DNA of 64,000 nt from Candidatus Poribacteria bacterium. Lineage in GTDB: Bacteria; Poribacteria; WGA-4E; PCPOR2b. The position numbers and the translations under genes are program-made. The DNA lies in the NCBI GenBank assembly GCA_965198175.1, contig OZ240245.1:1088001-1152000 (forward strand), in the 5' to 3' direction. The stretch's first letter is position 1, and each line of letters begins with the position of its first letter. Below are positions 49,653-61,068 of the stretch, piece by piece. The notes below the pieces were generated by a model. That model was given only the letters and a program-made list of their open reading frames with translations. It did not search any database and was not told the DNA's origin.

Positions 49653-51503
49653 ATGAGGACGAACACGAATATACCCCTGTTAGTTTACGATGACGAATGT
49701 AAATTCTGTCGCTATTGGGTTGCGCGGTGGCACCACTTAACAGGGAACCTTGTTAGGTATGCACCGTCATACCAAGTTGCGAGCCAGTTTCCTGAGATCC
49801 CGCCGGAACAGTTCGAAACCGCGGTCCAGTTCATTGAACCGGGCGGCGAGGTATTTAGCGGCGCTGAAGCGGTCTTTCGCACACTCACTCATGCTCCGCG
49901 CATGGGCTGGCTACTGTGGATGTATCAAAGAATTCCGGGGTTTTCCTCGTCTACTGAGTGGATTTACCGCTTTATTGCGGAGCACCGGGGCATTTTCTCC
50001 GTATTGACACGATGGTTGTGGGGAGAAAACAGGGGGCGCCCCGAGTATTATCTGACACGCTGGTTGTTCCTCCGATTGCTCGGCGCGACTTACCTCATCG
50101 CATTCATCTCGTTGTGGACGCAGATCGACGGACTGGTAGGGAGCAATGGCATTCTGCCCGCACAGGAATATCTTGAATCCGTGCGGACACAAGTCGGTCA
50201 CGAACGTTATCGGTTATTGCCAACGCTATGCTGGTTGAACTCCAGCGATGGATTCTTGCACATCCTATGTGCGTGTGGAACGCTATTGTCGGTATTGCTC
50301 ATTATCGGGGTTGCGCCTATCTATTCCCTAATAGGGCTATGGGCAATTTACCTTTCGCTGACAGCGATTGGCCAGAATTTTCTGAGTTTTCAGTGGGACG
50401 TTTTACTGTTGGAAACCGGCTTTCTGGCGATTTTCTTTGCGCCATCGCAGATTTTACCGAAATTCTCGCGCGAATCGCCACCGTCTCGGACGGTTTTGTG
50501 GCTGTTGCGCTGGCTTTTGTTTCGGCTGATGTTCGCCTCGGGTGTTGTGAAACTTGTGAGTGCCGATGAGACATGGCGTAACCTGACCGCCCTCAATTTT
50601 CATTACGAAACCCAGCCGCTGCCGACGTGGATAAGCTGGTATGTGCATCAACTGCCCGACTGGTTCCAGACTATATCCGTTGTGGGAATGTTCGCCATTG
50701 AACTCGGTGTACCCTTCCTGATATTTGCGCCGCGGCGACTACGATTTGTTGCATGTGCGGCATTCCTTGTCTTACAACTCCTCATTATAGCGACAGGCAA
50801 CTACTGCTTCTTCAATCTCCTGACCATTGTGCTGTGTATCCTGTTGCTCGACGACACCTTTCTTCAGGGCTTTCGTCTGAAACGGATGTTTTCAAGGTTT
50901 AATGCACCCGAGGCAGTGACGATGAGCTCACACTATCGAAGCGTGTGGGTTGCCGTGCTAACAGTGGTCGTGCTTCTGGTGAGCGGTATTCGGATGGCGG
51001 GTATGTTCCTGCGCGGAGCAAACATGCCAGCGCCTGCCCAACATATCTTGAATTGGGCTTCGCCCTTCCGGACGATTAACTCCTACGGTCTGTTTGCTGT
51101 GATGACGACCTCTCGACCGGAGATTGTCGTCGAAGGCAGCAACGACCGTGAGACTTGGGTCGAATACCCGTTTAAGTGGAAACCGGGCGATTTGAGACAA
51201 CGCCCGCGCTGGGCTGCACCGCATCAGCCGCGTCTGGACTGGCAGATGTGGTTTGCTGCGCTTGGGAGCTATCGTACCAATCGCTGGTTTATGGAGTTTA
51301 TTGAACGATTGCTGCAGGGCTCACCTGAAGTTTTGGGGTTGCTGGAAGAGAATCCATTTTCCAGAGCGCCGCCGCGATACATCCGGGCGGTTCTCTACGA
51401 TTACCACTTCACCGATTTCGATACGAAACAGGCGGAAGGTACGTGGTGGCGACGTGAACGAAAAGGGTTATATCTTCCTGAAGTGTCGTTGCGGGCAGGT
51501 TAA
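49653..51503 (+). CDS. DCC1-like (DUF393) thiol-disulfide domain fused to lipase maturation factor (LMF1)
   Basis: YDDECKFC; FQWDVLLLETGF, FHYETQPLP, NSYGLFAVMT, PHQPRLDWQMWFA. Confidence 0.9.
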   Translation: MRTNTNIPLLVYDDECKFCRYWVARWHHLTGNLVRYAPSYQVASQFPEIPPEQFETAVQFIEPGGEVFSGAEAVFRTLTHAPRMGWLLWMYQRIPGFSSSTEWIYRFIAEHRGIFSVLTRWLWGENRGRPEYYLTRWLFLRLLGATYLIAFISLWTQIDGLVGSNGILPAQEYLESVRTQVGHERYRLLPTLCWLNSSDGFLHILCACGTLLSVLLIIGVAPIYSLIGLWAIYLSLTAIGQNFLSFQWDVLLLETGFLAIFFAPSQILPKFSRESPPSRTVLWLLRWLLFRLMFASGVVKLVSADETWRNLTALNFHYETQPLPTWISWYVHQLPDWFQTISVVGMFAIELGVPFLIFAPRRLRFVACAAFLVLQLLIIATGNYCFFNLLTIVLCILLLDDTFLQGFRLKRMFSRFNAPEAVTMSSHYRSVWVAVLTVVVLLVSGIRMAGMFLRGANMPAPAQHILNWASPFRTINSYGLFAVMTTSRPEIVVEGSNDRETWVEYPFKWKPGDLRQRPRWAAPHQPRLDWQMWFAALGSYRTNRWFMEFIERLLQGSPEVLGLLEENPFSRAPPRYIRAVLYDYHFTDFDTKQAEGTWWRRERKGLYLPEVSLRAG

Positions 51504-51668
51504 TTGCGGTAGCGTTTGCAGTATAAAACCGTCGCAGATATCTAGGGCGCTTTTTTTGAAGGCTGATGAAGCCTTTGAACAGCTCAAATCAGCTGTGCAA
51601 AAGGATTCCACCGCGCATCAGACTAGCGTGAGGACATGTTCGAATCGGTCGACTGGTTTTCGCCGCAC

Positions 51669-52466
51669 CTATCGTGCGCCGCAGGCTTGCAGACAAGCTT
51701 GCATGTACCCACGCGACTCAGCAGCGATAACGCAGCAACGTTTGATGTCGTAATCCTTAGCGCCGATAATCTCCAAATTAATTGGCCCAGTATAGCCGTT
51801 CTCATGCAATACCCGAATGTAGCCGACCAAATCTATATCGCCTCGGCCGTTTGCTTGCATCTCCGGCTTTCCTGGATTCTGGTCTCGACCCTTGCAATCC
51901 CGGATATGCACATGTTTCACGCGGGAAAAAACCGCAGCGATAGCTTCAACCGAGTTCTCTCCTGCGCGATGAATGTGCGACGGGTCCATATCAATCCCGA
52001 ACGCTGAGGAGGAAATCTCTTCCATGGCACGGAGGGTTGTTGGTGTGTTGTAAATACAGCATCCTACATGTGCTTTCACACATAGAATCACGCCGTACCG
52101 CTCCGCCATCTGCGCCAAATCGCCCAGTGCGTTGATAACCTTGGGCCAGGCTTCTTCGTCGTTCGATTTTCCTCCAGGACCGCAGTTGACGATGGGTATG
52201 CCGATTTCGACAGCAGCCTGGAAGGCTTGTTCCATTACGACCGGATCTTGCGACGGTTGTTCCATGGCTAGAAGTTCAAGGTCGTATTCCTGAGAAAGGC
52301 GTTTGATTTTCGGTGCAAGTTCTCTCCAGCGATCGAGGACGAGGTGTTCGCTCATACCATTAATTGCGGACAACTCGATACCATCGTAGCCAGCTAGCGC
52401 GGTATACTTAAAGGCGACTTCCATATCATGTCCGCCGAACAGAACAGAATTTGCTCCTAATTTCAT
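51669..52466 (-). CDS. Sugar phosphate isomerase/epimerase (TIM barrel)
   Basis: GYDGIEL, DMDPSH, HVHIRD, GRGDID, GYTGPINLE. Confidence 0.88.
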   Translation of the reverse strand: MKLGANSVLFGGHDMEVAFKYTALAGYDGIELSAINGMSEHLVLDRWRELAPKIKRLSQEYDLELLAMEQPSQDPVVMEQAFQAAVEIGIPIVNCGPGGKSNDEEAWPKVINALGDLAQMAERYGVILCVKAHVGCCIYNTPTTLRAMEEISSSAFGIDMDPSHIHRAGENSVEAIAAVFSRVKHVHIRDCKGRDQNPGKPEMQANGRGDIDLVGYIRVLHENGYTGPINLEIIGAKDYDIKRCCVIAAESRGYMQACLQACGAR

Positions 52467-52601
52467 AGAGAATCAAAGGAAGCTCTGCCTATCCCCGTTC
52501 TTATGAGGACAGGGGTTTTTGACAGAGAGTTCTTGGCTCCTTACTTTTGCTTGAATGGATTCGTTAGACTATCTGCCTAAAATACAATCGCTCGCCACTT
52601 C

Positions 52602-53762
<1,161 letters not shown>

Positions 53763-54121
53763 CTATAGAAGGATTCATCCAAAAGACCTTGACATCAGCA
53801 CAATCGGTTTGATATATTCAAAAATAGAATTTATCGCATGACATTCGATTGTAAATGACGTGGTGATTACGTAATGCGTAAATCGGTTGTTATGACGTAT
53901 TGTATAGTGCATAGGGGTTACTGTCAATTAGAAAGATTCTGACGATGAACCGTACCAATGAGAACATGGGGTCGGCTGATGTCAGAAGCCTCTGAAAACG
54001 CAGAAAATTAAGAGAATATCGATTTTGTGGATAAGGTCAGAACTCCTCATCATCGGAGATTGGTATTCAGCCTTTCGAACTTAATTCTGTGCACTTTCTG
54101 GTCGATGGTTTACTTTTTAGG

Positions 54122-54150
54122 TTGGCAGGCGGTAAATTTTCGGCTATAAT
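54122..54150 (+). promoter_or_regulatory. Sigma-70 promoter for pspA
   Basis: TTGGCA-17-TATAAT. Confidence 0.55.
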
Positions 54151-54213
54151 TTGATCTAATGTGTAGGCTTTGGGCTTATACCGCTAAACCTATCAGCGAA
54201 AGGAGATATAGCA

Positions 54214-54900
54214 ATGGGTTTTTTTGATCGGGTTTCAACTATCTTCAAAGCCAATGTAAACTCTGCATTGGACAAAGCAGAAGATCCGGAAAAAATGCTA
54301 AATCAGATTACAACGGAGATGCAAGAGCAATTGGTGAAAGTGAAGCAACAGGTCGCGGCTGCGATTGCAAACGAGAAGCAACTCCAAAAAGATTATGAGC
54401 AAGAACAGGAACAAGCGGGCCAGTGGGAGCAGAAAGCGACCTTGGCTCTGCAGAAGGGCAATGAAGAGCTAGCCAAACAGGCACTTTCTCGCCGTAACGA
54501 ACATGCAGGCATCGCTAGTGGATACAAGGAACAGTGGGAAAAGCAGAAACAGGCTGTCGAGATCCTCAAAGAGAATCTCCGAACGCTTGAACGAAAAATC
54601 GAGGAGGCAAGGCGTAAAAAGGACTTGCTCATCTCTCGACAGAAACGAGCCAAGGCACAAAAAGCCATTCATGAAACTATGGCGGGTATGAAGGATAATA
54701 GTGCTTTTGCGAGTTTTGATCGGATGGAAACCAAAGTTGCGGACATGGAGGCTCATGCAGATGCAGCGGCGGAGATGGCTGAACTTGAGCATGACACACT
54801 TGAAGATGAGTTCGCGGCGCTTGAAAAGGACGGTAGTGTCGATGACGACTTGGCGGCGCTGAAAGCGAAGATGAACGCTGGCGCCGGCAGTAGTAGCTAA
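54214..54900 (+). CDS. pspA: PspA/IM30 family protein
   Basis: MGFFDRVSTIFKANVNSALDKAEDPEKML, GNEELAKQAL, FDRMETKV, VDDDLAALKAKM. Confidence 0.94.
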   Translation: MGFFDRVSTIFKANVNSALDKAEDPEKMLNQITTEMQEQLVKVKQQVAAAIANEKQLQKDYEQEQEQAGQWEQKATLALQKGNEELAKQALSRRNEHAGIASGYKEQWEKQKQAVEILKENLRTLERKIEEARRKKDLLISRQKRAKAQKAIHETMAGMKDNSAFASFDRMETKVADMEAHADAAAEMAELEHDTLEDEFAALEKDGSVDDDLAALKAKMNAGAGSSS

Positions 54901-54967
54901 AATTCGGAAGCTGGGACGCAAAGTGAATACGGATTCCGCTTGTCTCCCAGCGTAAAGGAGTCGAACA

Positions 54968-55381
54968 ATGTCAAAGTTAAACACACAGGCGGATATTACA
55001 GCCTTTCTGAAAGCGCAGGGATATCGTACCAGCGAAGAAGGTTCAATTCTTATCATCCAAGATGAGGACGGACTAAATATCTTTGCCGCTGTTGATGAAT
55101 CACAGATTGAATTTATGGTGGACCTATGTAGCGTGAACGATCTCAATGCAACAGACATTGCCGAGATTTACGAAAAGATTCTTGACCAAAATTCTGAAAT
55201 ACTTCCAACCTGTTTCGGGATTGATTCAACTGAGACGGATGATAAGCGTATTGTATTGGTTGACAGTCTGGCATTGGAGAACCTGGATACGAACGAACTT
55301 CTCCTTTCGCTGGACTCTCTTGCAGTAAACGTTATCACTGCGCACGATCTGTTATCGTTATATCTCAAGTCACATGCCTGA
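54968..55381 (+). CDS. YjfI/DUF2170-like (CesT-fold) protein
   Basis: IFAAVDESQI, LDQNSEILPTCFGI, VLVDSLALENLD..EL; directly follows pspA. Confidence 0.65.
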   Translation: MSKLNTQADITAFLKAQGYRTSEEGSILIIQDEDGLNIFAAVDESQIEFMVDLCSVNDLNATDIAEIYEKILDQNSEILPTCFGIDSTETDDKRIVLVDSLALENLDTNELLLSLDSLAVNVITAHDLLSLYLKSHA

Positions 55382-55773
55382 GAGAGTGCGGTGTTTTTTA
55401 CCGTAAGTCGAATTTGCATTCGATGCAAGTCAAGCTATGCAGGACGGACTTATCGTTGCCTTTCATCGGTGTCGGGGACCTTTGAGTTGTGGAAGTAACT
55501 CGGCGATAAATCTCAAGACATCCAAACCGCTGAACGCCATTTGAAAAACCGGTAGAAATTGGAAGGAGTTCGGGCGAAAGAAGGGCGGGCAGAGCGCATC
55601 CGCGGAACCCTATCTTGATCTGTCAATGTTCTGTCTTCTCCAAACGCTAATCGTGCAGATACCCTATCCGTTCAAATCCTTTGAACCTAGCCCTCTCCAT
55701 TTGGCAGATGTGTGGTTATGTATATCCTAAATTCTTTTGAGTGAACCGTAAATTATAACAGAAGGAGAGTCGT

Positions 55774-56253
55774 ATGGATGATATCCTAGACAACCAAGAC
55801 CTAGATGAAACAGCGATTTTTCAGGAAGCACCGGACGAAACAACGGATGAATTTGAGCTCAGTCCTTTAGAAGCTGTCGAGAATCGGCTGATGTTTCTTC
55901 GTGACAGTAACCAGAATTTTTATCTTGCTTTCAAGGCTTATCACGACGATTACGAATATGAACAAGCGATTGAGGATTTTCAAGCTGCAATTGAACATGA
56001 AACGAAATCCACCGAAGATTCTCCAGAACAGGCTGACGAGAATGAGGAACAGCAACTAGAAGATTCGAGCAGTGTGATTGTGAGATCGATGTATTGGCAG
56101 GCGGAATCCTATGTCAAAATTGGAAAGATTGACAAAGCAATTGAAGTATTTACAGCGTTATCAAGTCAATATCAGATGCATCATCTTGGGATCGCTGCGG
56201 AACGACGTGTCGAGGTGTTGAGGGAATATCATCAGGAAGAAGATTCGGTGTAA
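55774..56253 (+). CDS. Acidic TPR protein
   Basis: YEQAIEDFQAAI, SMYWQAESYVKIGKIDKAIEVF; AAGGAG RBS. Confidence 0.75.
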   Translation: MDDILDNQDLDETAIFQEAPDETTDEFELSPLEAVENRLMFLRDSNQNFYLAFKAYHDDYEYEQAIEDFQAAIEHETKSTEDSPEQADENEEQQLEDSSSVIVRSMYWQAESYVKIGKIDKAIEVFTALSSQYQMHHLGIAAERRVEVLREYHQEEDSV

Positions 56254-56334
56254 CGGACAGGAATTTTAGCCTGCGAAGCCAAAACGTTACCAAGCCAATT
56301 CCCAGAATGAGCGAAGCGCTGCGCGAAGATCCTC

Positions 56335-56490
56335 GGAGGCATTCTCCAGACCACTGAGGACATCCCGCCAAACCACGTTGCCATCTCCATCCAAGTTGAG
56401 GATCTCCAGGAATATTTGGACAAAGCAGAACGTCTTGGTGCTAAGACCATCGCTGTGTTTGCGGACAACACCGGTTTGCACAAGTTCTAA
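56335..56490 (+). pseudogene. VOC/glyoxalase family remnant
   Basis: GGILQTTEDIPPNHVAISIQVEDLQEYLDKAERLGAKTIAVFADNTGLHKF*; in-frame TGA at 56308, no start codon or N-terminal half. Confidence 0.65.
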
Positions 56491-56590
56491 GTCTATTCGG
56501 GGCTGTGGTCGCTTTAATAGCGCGGTCTCATCGCCTCTACGCCAAGCTACTCTGGAATCGGGGTAGTTTGGGATATACGAGTGGATACAA

Positions 56591-57820
56591 CTACGGCATG
56601 CCTGCAACGATATTTTGCACTTCTGTTTCTAACTCCAAGGTCACTTGCTGAGTAGTCTGTCTCTTTTCCTTCTTGTAGGATTCGTAAGAAGCAAGCAGAT
56701 TTTTCGGTGCACCAATCCGAACGAAAGCATCTAGGGGACCTTTGACTTTCGAGCGACCGAAGACCTCCACTTCCAGCCGTGTGATGACTTCCAGAAAGCG
56801 CTCTTGGGATGGATGTTCGCCGATGTAGCCCTCGTAGATTGAAATCGAGTTCACAATGCGGCGCAGGTCCGTGTAAAACTGTCGAAACTTGTCAACCCGC
56901 TGCGCGTGAACACCCCTCTCATATTCGGTCATCTCATCCACATCTCGATAAATTTCCTCATCTATCCGGTTTTGAATGGCGCGTACCCGTCTGAGTGGAT
57001 GCCAGCCCGGTTGGGGAACGAGTTCCAGGAAGTTCTCCGTCTGCGACAGAATGTGTTCTCTCATGAGTTCGATTCTCTCATTTAGCGAACTCTCCTCGCT
57101 TAACCGAAGGTGATATTCTCTTGCCAGCGTCGTCAGTAGGCTACCTCCCACATTCTTTACGCGGTCGTACAAATCCTTTGGGCGGTCGGCACCTTCAGGC
57201 AAGACGCTGTGTTCCAGATTCGTGAGTGCCCCTTCAATTTCATGCCACATATCTTTCTTGTAGATGTACTTTAACCCGACCGGTAGAAGGTAGAGCGGCT
57301 TGAGGTTATCCACCTTTTCCATGTCATTGAGCGCCCAGAACCCGAACTGTACAACCCCGCTTTCGAAAGGCATGATGGTCTCGTTCTGATGCGAGATTTC
57401 TCCTTCGCCGAAGATAACTAAATTCCGCTCGCCACTGCTCAGGGTTTCTCGTGTCATCCGAAACGAGTCGCGGTCTACGGCGCCGCGCACGACGGAATAG
57501 GAACCGAGCCGGGTCATGAAAAATCCTCTGCATTTCAACCCCGCGAGCTTTCGGTCGAAGGTTTCTCGTGCGCACATGAATCGGAATCCCTTGCCGCAAC
57601 GATTTGAGATGGCAAACATTACATGCGGGTCAGCGCGGCTGGGATGATTCGGCACCAGAATCGTTGGGAATCCATCTGTTGATTTCAGGCGATCAACGGA
57701 TACGCGGTCAATGTCTACGTGTTGAACCCTCTGGGAAAGCCGCATGAGCAGCGGCAACATTAACTTGACGGTTCCGATCACTACCCTATTCTCTTTAGGC
57801 GGTTTGAAATTTAGCATCAA
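56591..57820 (-). CDS. 1-acyl-sn-glycerol-3-phosphate acyltransferase (long form)
   Basis: NHPSRAD (HxxxxD), LGSYSVVRG, IFGEG, LPVGLKY. Confidence 0.88.
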   Translation of the reverse strand: MMLNFKPPKENRVVIGTVKLMLPLLMRLSQRVQHVDIDRVSVDRLKSTDGFPTILVPNHPSRADPHVMFAISNRCGKGFRFMCARETFDRKLAGLKCRGFFMTRLGSYSVVRGAVDRDSFRMTRETLSSGERNLVIFGEGEISHQNETIMPFESGVVQFGFWALNDMEKVDNLKPLYLLPVGLKYIYKKDMWHEIEGALTNLEHSVLPEGADRPKDLYDRVKNVGGSLLTTLAREYHLRLSEESSLNERIELMREHILSQTENFLELVPQPGWHPLRRVRAIQNRIDEEIYRDVDEMTEYERGVHAQRVDKFRQFYTDLRRIVNSISIYEGYIGEHPSQERFLEVITRLEVEVFGRSKVKGPLDAFVRIGAPKNLLASYESYKKEKRQTTQQVTLELETEVQNIVAGMP

Positions 57821-58382
57821 ATCACTCCATATTCAAAATCTCGAAAATCAAAATCGGTATAGTTTGCAGAGGCATCGCGTTCACCGTCCAGTTTGTATTA
57901 GTTGAGATTGAGAGCGTGTTCTTTAGCCTTGGCATACCACTAATACTCGATTTCTCTGGAGGTAAGCGTTATTGTAAATCATCTCGAAAATCGTGTCAAC
58001 CTACAAACGCGGCTGCACTACATCTGATTTCGCACATACGGGGAAGGGTTAGACGATTGGGGGTATGCTCCAGACTTACGACTACACGCCTTGTATTCTT
58101 GTGAGCCGTTTCAGAGAATGAATCTAGGATATAGTGTTATTCCCATTTATCGGGATGCATCTGAGAAAAAGGTTGCAAAACGCGGGTGGGGATGGTAAAA
58201 ATTACCGAGAGACATTTGGAAATTTCACAGTTTTTCACAGTAAATCAAAAAGAGTGTGCATATTTTTTCAGAGCTAGTAGTGCGTGAATGCAGTCTGGGA
58301 CTGCATATCGATCTGTTGATTCCGGAAATTGTGACATGCCTACTGTGAAAATTTATTGCTGCGTGAAGCGGGGAGGAATACA

Positions 58383-59237
58383 ATGGCGACACAAGAGCCG
58401 AGCACCGCACTTAAAGCAACACTTCAGGAAGATACTGGTAAGAAAGCGCTTGCTCAACTCAGGTCAGATGTAAGCGAGTTATTTCAAACGTTGAGCGACC
58501 GAGCACTTGCTGATGCGGTTATTGAGCGGTTGCAGCGCTATGCGGGCGATGCAATTGCAGAGGCTGTTAAGGAGGATTCCAAGCTCGCGAATTCGGATTT
58601 GGTAGCCTCACTCAAGAAAGTGGTCCGCAACGAACTGAGTCGGTATCTTTCACGTTTCATCACAGACGAGCATCGGAAGTTTATCGTACGCAGTCATGCA
58701 CGGGGGCTCCCTACCTCTGCCGCAGTTTGGGAGTTGATGCTAGAAAACCAGACGATTAACCGCCTGGCGCAAGCAGACGCGATGGGTGGAAGGGAATTGA
58801 AAGAGTGTCTTATTCTTCTTATGGCGTATCTGAAGCCGGGTACGGCACGGTGGCCCGAGAAAAAATACGGCGCGGAATGGCACGAAGCAAGGGAGGCGCA
58901 TAAACAGGAGATGCGCAATATACCATTAACGTCTAAAGCTGAGCAGGTTGCGCTCTTAGCGAAGCATGCCGAGCGAATTGACCGCCAATTGGAGAACAAA
59001 ACGCACGACGCGAAGGATTTTCAGACGTTGACGAAATCGTTAACTCAGACGATGGAGAGTCTGCGCAAGCTGTCTGCGGTGGACGAGACGGTGCCTGAGA
59101 ATGTGTCGGGACCTCAGCTTGTTGGGGTACTGGAGCGGTTAACGTTGGCGTTGAAGGTGCCCGAGCAGAATACGGATGGCAATGGATCGAACGTGCTGCC
59201 TGCGCCGGGGGATAGTGATGGGGAAAACCCTGACTGA
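58383..59237 (+). CDS. DUF2280-like phage-related protein
   Basis: ITDEHRKFIVRSHA...KKY..WHEARE.H..E...IPLTSKAEQVALL pattern; GGAGGA RBS before ATG 58383. Confidence 0.55.
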   Translation: MATQEPSTALKATLQEDTGKKALAQLRSDVSELFQTLSDRALADAVIERLQRYAGDAIAEAVKEDSKLANSDLVASLKKVVRNELSRYLSRFITDEHRKFIVRSHARGLPTSAAVWELMLENQTINRLAQADAMGGRELKECLILLMAYLKPGTARWPEKKYGAEWHEAREAHKQEMRNIPLTSKAEQVALLAKHAERIDRQLENKTHDAKDFQTLTKSLTQTMESLRKLSAVDETVPENVSGPQLVGVLERLTLALKVPEQNTDGNGSNVLPAPGDSDGENPD

Positions 59238-59339
59238 AATAATTGAACCGAAAGCATTGCGGGAATGGCGTTGCAAAGAACGCTTCTAGGGTAATTTTAA
59301 TCTTGTATACTTAACACGTATATAGTATGTTTAGCGGTT

Positions 59340-59365
59340 GTCACTAATCGGAAATCGCTCCTACA
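59340..59365 (-). repeat. Degenerate GTAG-family REP-like element
   Basis: TGTAGGAGCGATTTCCGATTAGTGAC on the minus strand; single copy in the window. Confidence 0.3.
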
Positions 59366-59570
59366 GGAGGTGCGATTGCAGTGTGGAATGCTTGGTAGGT
59401 TTCGTGGGTGCCGTTCTACACAAGCTACGAATTGATATTTTACTTGACATTTGCTGTAATAAAATAAACGATGATGCTAGGGACGAAATTCGGGTTCATC
59501 CGTGTGATTGTCGGGCTGCGGTTCGCGCAATCCTATATCCCTAGTCTAGTTATTTGCTACGTAGCTTATC

Positions 59571-61043
59571 CTAGCCTAGACCAGCCGAATCCTTAACATC
59601 GCTTTCTGCCTCACCACCGAGTATCAAGTTGTCCCAATCAGGAAATCGCCCATCTTCCAGGACCTTCATTATTGATTCCCGACATAAATCCTGAGCGTTT
59701 TCGATAAATTGCTTAACCTCTTCATGAGTAAAGGGCGTTTTCTTTTTTTTGTTCGGCAGTTTTCCCGTATGCACAACCTTGGAACGCCAAGCATATATTT
59801 CACTAAATTCTTTCATTAACACCCTCCGATGTTCTTCATTTTCTCCCAAGTAGCAAGCAGCACGAAGACGGAGTCGAAAAGATAGCTCAGTCGATTCGTC
59901 TATATCTGATAAATAGAGAGCTTCAAAGGCTATCCCCAAGTCAATGATTTTATCAATGCGATTCCTATTTGTTTTTGACTCTACCCATCTATCAATCGGT
60001 ATCTGCAACTTTTCCCTATCGTTTGAATCTAGGTCAACCAAGCTTTCATACAGATATTTGGCTTTCTCTATGTCAGCTTCCTTCGCCTCAGTGGGAGTTC
60101 CAAGCCGATTTCCCTGTCTATGCATGCCGCTACCTCTGTGAGGCAGATCGAAGGATTTATCCTCCTCTAATGAGTAGAATCCAATAAAAATTTTAACTGG
60201 AGAATCACAAACTAAAGATAGTGCTTGGCAAAAAAGAGTTTGGAAGGAATCGACTGCAGTCACATTTGGAAATTTTACTTTATGCACCTCAACCTGAAAT
60301 GGGAGATCATCTATCCGGGTTTCGCTCTGAATTGCTTTTTCAGAAAGTTTGCAAAGCATGGAAAATCCAGATTGGTTAATCACAAGAAGCGTTTTTTTGA
60401 AAAGGGAGTCTACCTGGTCAGTAAAGGCATGGACAGGAAAACGAAACAGATGCTGTTCCACTTCCCTTGATATTTCCGAAGAAGGTAAAGGGACAAGTTG
60501 CACCCCATCAAAGACTTCTACTTCTGTCTCTAGCTTTACTCCTTCAAGTAATCCAACATCTCGAAAAAAAGCATGTGTGCCTTCGGGGCGACTACACCTA
60601 TCAAAAAACGATACCGCTTCCTCTATTCCTCGGACGAGAGTAATTTCCAGAAGGCGTTCTATAACCATAAACAAAGGAAGCGGCGATCTACCTCCATACT
60701 CATATAGACGGTCTCCATGGGTAGAATCGCTTTGTATAAAATAGCTAGCGGTTCGGATACAGTCTAGGTCCGGAGTAGTGCCTCTATTAATGAATAGTGT
60801 TAACTCCTCTCTTATGCAGTCAAGAAGGTTCGATTTTGTAGTCCCATCTGCAATATCAGGCGCAAAGTGAATCGAAGATGCAAACGATAAGAAATCTATC
60901 CCATAATATGTCCGGTGTTCTTGTAAGTATTTTCTATACACATCTACAGGGATAGAAGGTCCACCATACCTATATCGTATCACCAAACTGCCCATTGCTT
61001 GTGCGAGCAATTGCCTCAGTTCTAGTTTTCTTTCCTCGGTCAT
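59571..61043 (-). CDS. ApeA-like HEPN domain protein
   Basis: KIIDLGIAFEALY, ELSFRLRLRAA.YLG, IYAWRSKVVHTG (RxxxxH at 59769-59786). Confidence 0.85.
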   Translation of the reverse strand: MTEERKLELRQLLAQAMGSLVIRYRYGGPSIPVDVYRKYLQEHRTYYGIDFLSFASSIHFAPDIADGTTKSNLLDCIREELTLFINRGTTPDLDCIRTASYFIQSDSTHGDRLYEYGGRSPLPLFMVIERLLEITLVRGIEEAVSFFDRCSRPEGTHAFFRDVGLLEGVKLETEVEVFDGVQLVPLPSSEISREVEQHLFRFPVHAFTDQVDSLFKKTLLVINQSGFSMLCKLSEKAIQSETRIDDLPFQVEVHKVKFPNVTAVDSFQTLFCQALSLVCDSPVKIFIGFYSLEEDKSFDLPHRGSGMHRQGNRLGTPTEAKEADIEKAKYLYESLVDLDSNDREKLQIPIDRWVESKTNRNRIDKIIDLGIAFEALYLSDIDESTELSFRLRLRAACYLGENEEHRRVLMKEFSEIYAWRSKVVHTGKLPNKKKKTPFTHEEVKQFIENAQDLCRESIMKVLEDGRFPDWDNLILGGEAESDVKDSAGLG

Positions 61044-61068
61044 CCCTTCTTTCCCTTAATCGGCAGAT

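Noticed and set aside
54469..55158. 229 aa minus-strand ORF
   Set aside because: Overlaps pspA and the yjfI-like gene in antisense
55382..55773. RNase P, 6S or tmRNA in a long intergenic region
   Set aside because: No recognisable conserved motifs
59477..59544. tRNA-like cloverleaf (7 bp closing stem, GTTCG)
   Set aside because: T-stem does not pair; no proper D or anticodon arms
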